Assembly: GCA_005223125.1 (NCBI GenBank)
Contig: NJBH01000011.1
Location: forward strand, 1-64,000
From: Promethearchaeota archaeon Loki_b32
Lineage (GTDB): Archaea > Asgardarchaeota > Lokiarchaeia > Sigyniarchaeales > SOKP01
DNA: 64,000 nucleotides
Direction of reading: 5' to 3'
Shown here in pieces: positions 50,726 to 61,075 of the stretch. The notes below the pieces were generated by a model. The model had not been told where the DNA came from, did no database searches, and saw only the letters and a program-made list of their open reading frames with translations. Each line of letters opens with the position of its first letter. Position 1 is the stretch's first letter. Both the position numbers and the translations under genes were made by a program.

Positions 50726-51089
50726 CATAAATCAGCAAAATCTTAATGAAATACTAGAAAAGTTAGTATTTGATGATGGAGATCTTACAAATCTGAAGGT
50801 TTCAATTGATAAGATGATTACTGGCCAAATTTCGAGAAGACAATTTCGAGAAACAATCATTGAAAGTAGATCAAGAATTATTGAGAGAATAACTGAATTT
50901 ATTCCTTTTTATCTCAGACAAAAGAAAAAAGATGATGCCCTAAATAAATTCGCAGAACCCGACAATCATATGAATAATTCAGAATTAGAGGAGCAGTTAA
51001 ACGAGAAGAATAGATTCATTGAAGAAGTGGGAATAAAAATTAGTAATATTTACGAGAAGATGAGACATAAATTTAAGATCAATGTCTAA
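50694..51089 (+). CDS. Hypothetical helical protein
   Basis: Overlaps or is coupled to the upstream ORF; protein-like composition. Confidence 0.6.
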   Translation: MKMMKKMEDSNINQQNLNEILEKLVFDDGDLTNLKVSIDKMITGQISRRQFRETIIESRSRIIERITEFIPFYLRQKKKDDALNKFAEPDNHMNNSELEEQLNEKNRFIEEVGIKISNIYEKMRHKFKINV

Positions 51090-51262
51090 GTTCTTAGTTT
51101 TATACTGATAAAGGCTAATTTTTCGAGGCCTTTTTCTTAAATATTTAAAGGAAAAAAAGACTGACTTCTCTAACCTTTTTTATTTAAATATACTTGCGAA
51201 TTTTGTAGTTAAATCGTTATTAGACTCTCAAAACAAAGAAAAAACTAAAAAAAGTATATATT

Positions 51263-53200
51263 ATGTTATCAGAAGAAATTATTACAACCTCGACAGTATC
51301 ACTAAACGAATTATTCCCTAATTTTATAAATCAATTCATAAAACCCTTTGAGAACGTTATTGATCCAGATATTCATAATGGGATGTATCTTGATTTTGAA
51401 CTTTGTGATAGGGCTCAAAAACACAAAGTAAATCCTATTCTTCGACTTGCGAGAGTAGATGATGCTGAAGAACTTGTTGGAATTTATAAGGAATTATATA
51501 ATGGTACATACCCTTACAAAGAAATGGAAGATCTTGATGAAGTCAGAAAAATGATTCGAGATCCTTCTATACAATGGATAATTTACCAAGATCCTTCGTT
51601 GAATATAGCAGGTTTTATTACATTTGTGTTAGATTTTGATAATAAAAGGGGGTATATTCGAGGGTTTATGCTCAAAAAAAAATATCAGGGGCATGTTGAT
51701 ATCACAAAAGCGATGATCGGTTCTATGATCGGGATGATTCATAAGTTTAAAGATGATATTTATGTGTGGTATGTAGAAAATCGAACTGCTCATTCAAAAT
51801 CACAGTATTCAATGTACGTCTGTGGAATCGCTCCAATTGGTTTTTATCCAAATAAAGATGTGTTTTTAGGTAAAGTAGAGTCTGACTTGATGCAAATTTG
51901 TTATGATGTACGAGTATTGAAAAATCTTCGTGCAACCTCAACTCCAACAATAATATCTCAAGTTGAAGATTGTTATTTATATTCCGATGCGAGATATAAC
52001 TTAGGTAATTATGAAATCCAAGTACCAGGAATTATTTTAGATCATAAAAAAATTTCTCATCTTAAGAAAAATATAAAGAAGAGCGTTAAGAAAGATAAAT
52101 TTGGATATGAGACAATTACGTTTACCATTCCTGAGTCAGATTCATTTTTTGAGTTTCTTTATACTCCTCAAGTACAAAACTTTGAGAAGTCCAAGTATCA
52201 TGTCAATAATCTCGAAGAATTATATGTGTTTATTAAAGAATTTATGAAGACTGGTAAGAGATTAGGAATTCGCTATTGCGAAGCATTTATTTCTGCTTAC
52301 GAACCTGCTCATCAAAATATATTTTATAATGCGGGACTAGCTCCAAGAGGATATATCCCAAGTTGGATTTATAATAAAAGTACAGGTGTTTTTGAAGACC
52401 AAATTTTATTTAATTGGTTTGATGGTAAGATAAGTGAAAGTATTCAGCTTATTGATGAGGGTTTAGAACTTTTGGATGTATTGAACTTAGATAATATAGA
52501 ACCCGTTAGGAATGTTCTTGAAGAGAGAGAGTTCCTAGATAAATTTCCCTTATTTTATTCGTTTAAAGAGAAGATCTCTAATGTATGGAATTATCCTAAA
52601 ACCATAAAAATATCATTAATGACAGGGCTAATGATATACCTTGCGATGCTTATAGGAAGTATAGTAGTTGCAGATTTCTTTGGATTTAATATCGTATCTC
52701 ATACGATAAGTAAACTTGGTACTATCTATTCAACTCCTGTGCCAATGATGTTCGATAGTGCTTGTGTGTTAGGCGGACTTACTACAATGTTGCTATATTG
52801 CTATTTATCTATGAAAATTCGGCTTTCTACTGAGAATATAAAAGAAGGGTGGTTCTTTCTTAGGGCATCTCGATATGCAACAATTATTGGGGTTATTGGT
52901 AGTATTGGAATAATGCTTGTTGGGATATTTAGCTTAGATCGTAAAGGTCCACATGGAATTTATCATAGCTTTTCCACAATAATCGCTTTTGGAGGGTTTG
53001 CAATCGCATTACTTACATTCGGAGTAATAATTTTCCGGCGATATACCAAGATGCTTAAGTTACTAGGATTAAACGGGATTATACCTCTCGCTATGTTCAT
53101 TTTTAACTGTTTGCTTCCCTCTCCGGTGTTAGAGTGGATATTACTATTTTCCATTCTAACAACATTAATTCCCTTGTTTTGTTGGGTATCTTTTTGGTAA
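51263..53200 (+). CDS. Tandem GNAT-like domains fused to a DUF998-like membrane domain
   Basis: LRLARVDDAEELVGIY and KKYQG motifs; C-terminal HTISKLG, VGIFSLD, HSFS and LEW in ~5 TM segments. Confidence 0.65.
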   Translation: MLSEEIITTSTVSLNELFPNFINQFIKPFENVIDPDIHNGMYLDFELCDRAQKHKVNPILRLARVDDAEELVGIYKELYNGTYPYKEMEDLDEVRKMIRDPSIQWIIYQDPSLNIAGFITFVLDFDNKRGYIRGFMLKKKYQGHVDITKAMIGSMIGMIHKFKDDIYVWYVENRTAHSKSQYSMYVCGIAPIGFYPNKDVFLGKVESDLMQICYDVRVLKNLRATSTPTIISQVEDCYLYSDARYNLGNYEIQVPGIILDHKKISHLKKNIKKSVKKDKFGYETITFTIPESDSFFEFLYTPQVQNFEKSKYHVNNLEELYVFIKEFMKTGKRLGIRYCEAFISAYEPAHQNIFYNAGLAPRGYIPSWIYNKSTGVFEDQILFNWFDGKISESIQLIDEGLELLDVLNLDNIEPVRNVLEEREFLDKFPLFYSFKEKISNVWNYPKTIKISLMTGLMIYLAMLIGSIVVADFFGFNIVSHTISKLGTIYSTPVPMMFDSACVLGGLTTMLLYCYLSMKIRLSTENIKEGWFFLRASRYATIIGVIGSIGIMLVGIFSLDRKGPHGIYHSFSTIIAFGGFAIALLTFGVIIFRRYTKMLKLLGLNGIIPLAMFIFNCLLPSPVLEWILLFSILTTLIPLFCWVSFW

Positions 53201-53584
53201 TAAGAATAGTTAAACATCAATACATAAATCTTTCGAGATTAGAAGCAATGCGATCTTATTAGAGATCGATCTTTTAATTTGACTTTTTTTAAGTTTAATC
53301 ATTTGATAAATCTCATCTCGAGAGAGACCAGTATCCTTAATTATTATTAAAATGGAATCCTTAAATTTCATCATTACATTGAGATAGCAATAAATCTAAA
53401 TTTTGTCGTGTGTTTCATACCAACATTTATTTATTTAACAATGGATACTGTTTTGATTTATTAAATTTTATGTATAAAATTATTTATATCTACTATTCGC
53501 TTGTATTACCCTAAATATAATTAATTATTTAGTAGATATGCAAAAAGAAAGGTTTCTTTCAAAATAACATTTTATAGAATTCCC

Positions 53585-54403
53585 TTAGTTCTTTCTTTTG
53601 TATAAACCAAAGAAGATTATTAAAAAAACAAAAATGTCTACTAATTCAGCTAATATGATATACATTGCAACTTCACCTAAAATAAGTTGTATTATTGGTC
53701 TAAGAATGTTTGAGAGTAAATATAAAAAAAAACCAATTGCTAAAATTCCTGGCTTGACGACCTTAAGACGCTTTAATCTGTATGCTAAGAAAAAAATATA
53801 TACAATTCCTATCAATGAGGGAATAACAATTCCAGGTAGAATCCTACCTATAATTGTAGTATTTGGAGCTATAATAACTACAAATGATTCAATACAAACA
53901 ATAATTAGTATTATTACCATTCGCAATTTATTCATATATTCTGTATTTTTTAATATTTGAAACCTATCTTCCAAATTGAAAAAGATAATTTCAAGACCAA
54001 GGAAAATTAAAGGGGCTACTTCGAATATAATAATAAAAAATCTGAATTTTAAAAATATTAAAACAACATCGTCATTAAAAGTAAAAAAGGTAAGATCCCA
54101 AAGTAAATCAATTGCCTTTCCAAAAATTAGAATAAGGAAGAACAATCCTAATAAGAAGGGGATATCTGACAAATATTGAGCTTCTTGTTTAAACCATTTA
54201 TGAAATAAATAAAAAACTGTTATAGATAAGATCAAAATTCTAATGGATATTACCAATAGGACTTCAAATGCGCCTTCATAGGCTTGAAAGGCTTGGATAA
54301 TAAGTGACCAATTAATAAAATATAAAACAATAACCCCAATAATCGCTAAAATAAAGCATGTGAGTAATATTAATTTATAACGTTCCTTTTTTGATAATTC
54401 CAT
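53585..54403 (-). CDS. Multi-pass membrane protein
   Basis: About 8 hydrophobic segments. Confidence 0.75.
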   Translation of the reverse strand: MELSKKERYKLILLTCFILAIIGVIVLYFINWSLIIQAFQAYEGAFEVLLVISIRILILSITVFYLFHKWFKQEAQYLSDIPFLLGLFFLILIFGKAIDLLWDLTFFTFNDDVVLIFLKFRFFIIIFEVAPLIFLGLEIIFFNLEDRFQILKNTEYMNKLRMVIILIIVCIESFVVIIAPNTTIIGRILPGIVIPSLIGIVYIFFLAYRLKRLKVVKPGILAIGFFLYLLSNILRPIIQLILGEVAMYIILAELVDIFVFLIIFFGLYKRKN

Positions 54404-54480
54404 ATTTATTGATTTAGATTGCTCCTTTTAAATTGAACTAAAAAAAAAAAGTAAATTAAAAAAGAAAAAAAAACAGTATT

Positions 54481-55650
54481 TTATTGTGGAACTGCCTTAA
54501 CTTGTTTAGTTCTTCTTTTTTTCCTGAACATATTGATATTAGTCTCAATTTGTTCCCGATTAGGATCTTTTTCCAACTGTTCTTGGATATGATTTAACAT
54601 CTCTTCTTGAGACACTCCTATCTGATTGAAAAAGGCGGTGACTTCTCTATGCTTAAATTTATTTTCAAGAATTAAGGGTGCAGATATTTTCAAAGTTCTT
54701 ACCCATTTTTTTCGTTCTTCGGGATTTTGGCGTACAAGCTCAGCATATTGGTATGCATAGAGAATTCCACTGTATCGATTGAAATCATAGAAGGTTGCGG
54801 CATGGACCACGTTGCAATTAGTAAGGAGCGGATCGGCATGTCCCCTTTTGATATAATTTTTAGATTCAACAAGTTCAATAATATCTTGTTCCCGATATGG
54901 TATTACATGGTAAGGAAGTAAGACTCGTGGAAGGTCTCCATTTTCAATCTCTTCGTCAGTTAAATACCATTGATTATCACTATCATCAAAGAATGGAGTA
55001 TCGAGAATTTCGGGTTTCCATTCTTTTATGACCTCCTCTTGAGGCATTTCATAAAAGTATCTGAAGATCTGGTCCGGTGAATATCCAAATAGCACATAAG
55101 GAATCTCTCTTCTTATCGCTTCTTTCACCACGATACTATGAATCAAGTCAGAACAATAATCGCAGATATACCGTGCTAAGAATGTTTCATTCGAATTATG
55201 GTTAAAAAAGTGGTATTTATATAACTTGGTAAAGGTGGGTATACATTCTTCAATTAGTACATGATCCACATTTATTTGAGTTAGAGTATCTTTCATATTA
55301 TCCTTAGCAATATCTGTCATAAAACCTGTATCTGAAGTTACTGCTAGAGGGTTCAATCCCAAATCATTTACCAGATGATCTAAAAGAGCTGTAGAATCTT
55401 TTCCACCTGAATATCCTAAAATGCAATCATAGGGTATCTTTCCATGATTTTGCTGCATTTGTACCACAACTATATTCCAGTTTTCGAGGGCAGTTTGTCT
55501 TCTCTCAGTACCAATTACTTTACGAGACCAATTAATATTTTTATGGTCAGGATCGCTACAAAAATCGCACATACCCTCAGGATTTAAATTAACCCCCAAA
55601 AATCCATCAGGAAGAATGCATTTAATACATATTTTTTGTTGTTCAATCAT
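54481..55650 (-). CDS. PP-loop ATPase, N-acetyl-sugar amidotransferase (WbuX-like) family
   Basis: CIKCILP, CDFC, YDCILGYSGGKDS and CDYC motifs. Confidence 0.8.
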   Translation of the reverse strand: MIEQQKICIKCILPDGFLGVNLNPEGMCDFCSDPDHKNINWSRKVIGTERRQTALENWNIVVVQMQQNHGKIPYDCILGYSGGKDSTALLDHLVNDLGLNPLAVTSDTGFMTDIAKDNMKDTLTQINVDHVLIEECIPTFTKLYKYHFFNHNSNETFLARYICDYCSDLIHSIVVKEAIRREIPYVLFGYSPDQIFRYFYEMPQEEVIKEWKPEILDTPFFDDSDNQWYLTDEEIENGDLPRVLLPYHVIPYREQDIIELVESKNYIKRGHADPLLTNCNVVHAATFYDFNRYSGILYAYQYAELVRQNPEERKKWVRTLKISAPLILENKFKHREVTAFFNQIGVSQEEMLNHIQEQLEKDPNREQIETNINMFRKKRRTKQVKAVPQ

Positions 55651-55715
55651 TAAATCACAGTTTTTTACAAAATTTTATTCCTAGTTGTAATGAACGTATT
55701 TAAAGGAAAAATAGG

Positions 55716-57372
55716 TCCATTTTTTTGATTGGATACAAAATTCAGTGATGGTGAATTGATCTGATCATAATTTGCACCATAATCATTGAGAATAAGAATT
55801 TCCCAAAGGGAATGAATTGGAACACCTTGATTTCCGATGGAAAATAATTTAGAGATGGCGAAAGATTTATAGGGAGCTTTTCCCTTAATATAATTATGCT
55901 AGTAACCAAATTAAGAGAAAGATTAGCTCCCATTAAGATAGAACAACCCACCCTAAATAAATTTTTTCCTAATTTACCTAAACTTAAAAATAATAGTCTA
56001 CTGGCAGAATTGGAAAGGAGAGAAGCATTATCTAATGATAAAGGATATACGATAAGATTGAGAAGGAGTGGAATGATATATATTAAAGAAACACATTGCC
56101 TTACATGTGGTTCCCGATTGATTAAAAATGGATATAATGACAGGATTGCGATTTTAGATAATGGGCTAGGGAAACATGAGTTTCGCATTCAGAGAAAGCG
56201 TTGTCCTAGATGTGGAGAAATCAAACCTGACTATTCGAAGATTGTGCCAAAATATGGCAATTACCATGAGAATTATAGACGAAGGGCACGACAACATTAT
56301 ATGGAAGGATTGATGCCCTCTCAAATTCAACGAGTGTTCAAAATTGATTTTGGTATAGAGACTTCATTAACCACTCTTGTTAATTGGATAAATGGGGTTG
56401 CCAAACCACTTAGAAAGACATTAAAAGAGACCCCCGTGCCATCTAGTGGATATTGGGGATATGACGAGATCCATTTAAGAATTAACAAAGAAAGGATGTA
56501 TGCCATTGATACTGTGGATGTGAACACCCGATTTGTTCCAGTGGCTAAAATTTCACCTAATATGGGGCGCAATGAGGGAAGAGAAGTGTTAATGGAGGGA
56601 AGGAGGGGTAAAAACCTGTGGATAAATGGATTAATGAAAGATTGTACCACAAACTTAGGCAGACTCTTTAAAACTAAAAGTTTTAAGCATATAATTCAAC
56701 AGAATTGCTTAACACATGTAAAGTGGACAGTTTCTAAGCATGTGAAAGCGTTTGCGGGATTGTCTAAACAATCAAAAAAACCTGTACCTAAAGAATGGCG
56801 CTGGCTCTTGAAACGATTCTATGATCTAATTGATTCTAAAGATGAGACAGATGCGTATATTAAATTAGAGATCATACGTAGAACAGTGGAACGATTGAAA
56901 GGAAAGAAATTAAAAGAGCTTCATACTGCATTAAAGCAGCTGGAATCATGGTTTCCGAAAATTATTGCCCATCAACGGAATCCCTTCATATCAACCACGA
57001 ATAACCTCTTAGAAGCGTTCCATAAGAAATATACCTATTATCCATCGTTTAAACGGAGCATGATGACTCCTGAAGGAGCGCAGAGAGTACTTGATTATCG
57101 TGTATTTAGACACAATTTTGGTGAATTTCCCGAATATAAAAAGTTGTTACAAACAAAGTATGAAAACTTCAAGATAATTTTAACAGAAATTCCTGATGGT
57201 CGAGTAATGGGAGGGCACCATCATTATTTTAAGAGCGAATTTAGAAAATTTGATAAGTGGTACGGAAATTACCAACAACTTTGGCACGAGTATTTCGCAA
57301 TTTTTTAAGAAAATGGGCTTTGGAAAGATTTAAATCATATCACTGGGTTTTGTAACTACCCAAAAAAATGGA
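55716..57372 (+). mobile_element. Insertion sequence with ~47-bp imperfect terminal inverted repeats
   Basis: Left end tccatttttttgattggatacaaaattcagtgat; right end (reverse complement) tccatttttttgggtagttacaaaacccagtgat; no clear TSD. Confidence 0.75.
55896..57308 (+). CDS. DDE transposase (IS6/IS1-like) with an N-terminal Zn ribbon and HTH
   Basis: CLTC...CPRC, WGYDEIHLRI, KD and TNNLLEAFH motifs. Confidence 0.85.
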   Translation: MLVTKLRERLAPIKIEQPTLNKFFPNLPKLKNNSLLAELERREALSNDKGYTIRLRRSGMIYIKETHCLTCGSRLIKNGYNDRIAILDNGLGKHEFRIQRKRCPRCGEIKPDYSKIVPKYGNYHENYRRRARQHYMEGLMPSQIQRVFKIDFGIETSLTTLVNWINGVAKPLRKTLKETPVPSSGYWGYDEIHLRINKERMYAIDTVDVNTRFVPVAKISPNMGRNEGREVLMEGRRGKNLWINGLMKDCTTNLGRLFKTKSFKHIIQQNCLTHVKWTVSKHVKAFAGLSKQSKKPVPKEWRWLLKRFYDLIDSKDETDAYIKLEIIRRTVERLKGKKLKELHTALKQLESWFPKIIAHQRNPFISTTNNLLEAFHKKYTYYPSFKRSMMTPEGAQRVLDYRVFRHNFGEFPEYKKLLQTKYENFKIILTEIPDGRVMGGHHHYFKSEFRKFDKWYGNYQQLWHEYFAIF

Positions 57373-57550
57373 TGCTTACAAAATTAAGTGATACTGAGGG
57401 ATGGTAATTGCAAATTTTCTCTCTATAAGCATTAGTAACAGCTTGAATGAAGACAATTATTCTAAAAAAAATAATTTTTGAGATAATTGAGAATTTTAAA
57501 AAAAAAAATAAAGTGTAATTTAAATTAATTCTTGGAATTTTATAAGATAT

Positions 57551-59488
57551 TTATTCCCCTGTAATTGCTCGTCTCCTTTTACGCAAAGCAAATATTGCTA
57601 TACCAACTCCTACTACACCGGCTATTGACACAACAATAATTACGATCATTATGACATTATCAGAAGGACCTGTATCCACTAATTCAACTATAAGTGTATT
57701 TTGTTCCTCAATATTATCTACTTCATCGATTGCTTGATACGAGATAAGAATATCGCCATATGTATATTGAGATAAGTTAAAGGGGGTACTATACTCAAAC
57801 CAATCGGAATCATTAAATTTATATCTAATCACAGACACACCAGATCCACCCCCATCATCAGCGGTTAATGTAAAAGTTGTCGATTTATTCACCATATTAG
57901 GTTCTTTATGTACAATGTATGATATCGATGAGGTTGGCGCAATAGTATCTTTACGGACAGTTACTTCAGCATACCCCTCATTACCTAAGGTATCATTCCC
58001 AGAGAATCTAATGGTCACCGTGCCATCTCCTTTCTTGTCCCATTCTGTTTGATTGATTATTCCAGTTAATCCGCTAAATATAATATTGGTTATTCCTCCA
58101 TCTAAAGTATACCAAGTAGTTTTTAATAACGGTTCAATAATGGAAATATTGAAGTTTGGGCTTACACTTCCAATAAATTCATTTGGAGTAGGAGAATTTA
58201 TTATAATGGTTGGAACTACATCGTCGATGAATGTATACATTATCTCATAATCGGTACCCCACGGACCAGCAGTATCATCATCCCACACCACATGAACGTT
58301 TCCTAGACTATCTACTGCAATTGAAGGGTAACCACTATAACCATCATTCCAATATACACCCCCAAATCCATCGGAGATCACTGTCGCATTAGACCACCCA
58401 GCTGAAGAAGAATAGTTCACATACATTATCTCTGAATCGGTACCCCATGGACCATCAGTATAATCATACCATACCACATGAACGTTTCCACTATTATCTA
58501 TAGCAATTGAAGGGCATTCACTCCAGCCATCATTCCAATATACACCCCCAAATCCATCCGAAATTACTGTCGCATTAGACCACCCAGCTGAAGAAGAATA
58601 ATTCACATACATTATCTCAGTATCAATTCCCCATGGACCATCAGTATAATCATACCATACCACATGAACGTTTCCATTATTATCCACCGCAATTGAAGGC
58701 CTCTCACTATTACCATCATTCCAATATACACCCCCAAATCCATCCGAAATTACTGTCGCATTAGACCATCCAGCTGAAGAAGAATAATTCACATACATTA
58801 TCTCAGTATCAATTCCCCATGGACCAACAGTAAGATCCTCCCATACCACATGAACGTTTCCATTATTATCAATGGCAATTGAAGGGTAATAACTATTACC
58901 ATCATTCCAATATACACCCTCAAATCCATCCGAAATTACTGTCGCATTAGACCATCCAGCTGAAGAAGAATAATTCACATACATTATCTCTGAATCGGTA
59001 CCCCATGGACCATCAGTATAATCATGCCATACCACATGTAAATTCTCGCTATTATCAATGGCAATTGAAGGGTAACAACTATCACCATCATTCCAATATA
59101 CACCCCCAAATCCATCCGAAATTACTGTCGCATTAGACCACCCAGCTGAAGAAGAATACTTTACATACATTATTTCATCATCGGTACCCCATGGACCAGC
59201 AGTAGGATCCCACCATACCACATGAACGTTTCCATTATTATCAATGGCAATTGAAGCGTCATAACTATAACCATCATTCCAATATACACCCCCAAATCCA
59301 TCCGAAATTACTGTAGCATTGGCATAATTCGAAGAACTTGTTTTAACAGTAATAGATTCACCAAAACCACCAATTTTATATGGAGGTTCCGATATATCAA
59401 ATTTAACTATCGAAAAAACACCGAAAATGAATACTAGATATATTAAAATAGATATGGATCTAACTTTATGTTTCATTTTTTTATTCAA
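57551..59488 (-). CDS. Membrane-anchored surface protein: six-repeat beta-propeller + Ig-like domains + C-terminal TM
   Basis: N-terminal signal/TM segment, six 62-aa repeats, DDVVPTI / DTIAPTS Ig-like starts, TM followed by RKRRR. Confidence 0.85.
   Translation of the reverse strand: MNKKMKHKVRSISILIYLVFIFGVFSIVKFDISEPPYKIGGFGESITVKTSSSNYANATVISDGFGGVYWNDGYSYDASIAIDNNGNVHVVWWDPTAGPWGTDDEIMYVKYSSSAGWSNATVISDGFGGVYWNDGDSCYPSIAIDNSENLHVVWHDYTDGPWGTDSEIMYVNYSSSAGWSNATVISDGFEGVYWNDGNSYYPSIAIDNNGNVHVVWEDLTVGPWGIDTEIMYVNYSSSAGWSNATVISDGFGGVYWNDGNSERPSIAVDNNGNVHVVWYDYTDGPWGIDTEIMYVNYSSSAGWSNATVISDGFGGVYWNDGWSECPSIAIDNSGNVHVVWYDYTDGPWGTDSEIMYVNYSSSAGWSNATVISDGFGGVYWNDGYSGYPSIAVDSLGNVHVVWDDDTAGPWGTDYEIMYTFIDDVVPTIIINSPTPNEFIGSVSPNFNISIIEPLLKTTWYTLDGGITNIIFSGLTGIINQTEWDKKGDGTVTIRFSGNDTLGNEGYAEVTVRKDTIAPTSSISYIVHKEPNMVNKSTTFTLTADDGGGSGVSVIRYKFNDSDWFEYSTPFNLSQYTYGDILISYQAIDEVDNIEEQNTLIVELVDTGPSDNVIMIVIIVVSIAGVVGVGIAIFALRKRRRAITGE
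58235..59320 (-). repeat. Six near-identical 186-bp tandem coding repeats
   Basis: The NATVISDGF unit recurs every 186 bp (59320, 59134, ...). Confidence 0.95.
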
Positions 59489-59761
59489 CTCTTATATAGA
59501 CAATAAATATTGTAATTAATAAGCCTACAAAATATTAGGCTTAGGCATTGAAATTTTAATGTCGATAATTTTATGTTATAGTAATTCAAATTTAAATATT
59601 TTTATATTTTTGTCAAATTTGAGGTGGTATTTAAAAAAGGAGTATTTTATTTTGGTATATCTCTCATCACTGAATTTTGCACCCACCCGGGTTTTTTTCT
59701 TTAAATAGAAATAGTCCGGTATAATCTCAATATTTTAATTAATATCTGATGAGAGAATATA

Positions 59762-60919
59762 ATGGTTCAAGTAGTTGAAAAAATAGATATTGACCATGTA
59801 AAAATAAAAGAATCATACAATCTATGTGAAATTAAGGAAGCATTAGAATGTCTACTTTATGTCCCTGATATTCTGGTAAAGTCCAAAGTAATTTCTGAGC
59901 TTCTACGATATATAGAATCTGGATTTTCAGATCCAAATTATACCATTATCCCGTTTATAGGTTATTATAACTCAGAGATGGTTGGATTTGTTGTTGCTCA
60001 CATTGATCCTTATTATACAAGCTATAGTCGAAAAATTGGAACATTCGGATGGCTTCATGCCGATACATTAGATGTATGTAGAGCGTTGATGAGGGAATGT
60101 AAGAGGGTCCTTAAGGAAAATAGAATAAGAAAGATCAGAGGAAGCATTAACTTTCCTAAAAACTTGGGAGGTTTTGGTATTCAATTTAAAGGGTTTGAGG
60201 AGCAAATACTTTATGGTGTGGCTTATAGCGATCCTAATTCGCAAACAATAGATTATTTAGGTTCACTCGGATTTCAAAGAGAATCAGAATATTCATGTGT
60301 GTATGTCGCCCAGAAAACTTGGAACAAAGGAAAACAAATTGATAAGAATATTGAGTTTAGGTACGTATCATTAAAGGACCTATATGACTATGCTGATGAA
60401 ATACGAGACCTTGCAAATAACTCCTTTCATGAAATATTACCTGATGCATCAGGAAGGAATAGGATTATCGAATTTTATAAAGCTTTTGAGGAAATTCCCC
60501 GATCTTTTTATAAAATTAATACCAATTTCAACCCACATTTATATTCTGATGTTCCCCAATTTATCGAGGCATGGGAAACGTGTGATCTTAACAGAATAGA
60601 GCCGTTTGCCCCAATGGCATTTGACAAAAAAACGGGAGAATTAGTCGGAATATTGTTAGGTTTGCCTGATTTATTTGAAGCTTGGAAGGGTAAAGCGATT
60701 ACACGATGTAACGTAGATACTGCAATGGTAAAGGAGGGATACTTTGGAAAAGGGATCTTCTCAGCTCTTAATAATATTGGGCAATTAACATGTAGTTTAT
60801 ATGGTGTAGATTATTTTGAAGGAACAGCAATCTGGACAAACAATTCGCGCGCAATTGACACAATCTTTCCTCATTGTGAACCAATTAGAAAACATTATGT
60901 AATGCAAAAAAGGTTGTAA
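59762..60919 (+). CDS. GNAT-like (YghO-type) protein
   Basis: GTFGW, IRGSINF, GLPDL, YFGKGI and EGTAIWTNN motifs. Confidence 0.7.
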   Translation: MVQVVEKIDIDHVKIKESYNLCEIKEALECLLYVPDILVKSKVISELLRYIESGFSDPNYTIIPFIGYYNSEMVGFVVAHIDPYYTSYSRKIGTFGWLHADTLDVCRALMRECKRVLKENRIRKIRGSINFPKNLGGFGIQFKGFEEQILYGVAYSDPNSQTIDYLGSLGFQRESEYSCVYVAQKTWNKGKQIDKNIEFRYVSLKDLYDYADEIRDLANNSFHEILPDASGRNRIIEFYKAFEEIPRSFYKINTNFNPHLYSDVPQFIEAWETCDLNRIEPFAPMAFDKKTGELVGILLGLPDLFEAWKGKAITRCNVDTAMVKEGYFGKGIFSALNNIGQLTCSLYGVDYFEGTAIWTNNSRAIDTIFPHCEPIRKHYVMQKRL

Positions 60920-61075
60920 TTTTTCTCTTTATTTTGAATTGTTATTAAAAAAAAATCAAGAATTTAATAAGTAGAGTTTCAAATCACTAACTTTCACCTT
61001 ATCTTAAATATGGTTTTAATTAAATAGAAAGTATCCTAAATAATCTCTATCACAATTTTTTCTTACTGAAATATT

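Noticed and set aside
53229-53326. Inverted repeats between convergent genes
   Set aside because: Short pairings in AT-rich DNA with no second copy; may be a terminator region, but not supportable
58235-59320. Tandem repeats as a CRISPR array
   Set aside because: 186-bp in-frame coding units with no unique spacers, and no cas genes nearby
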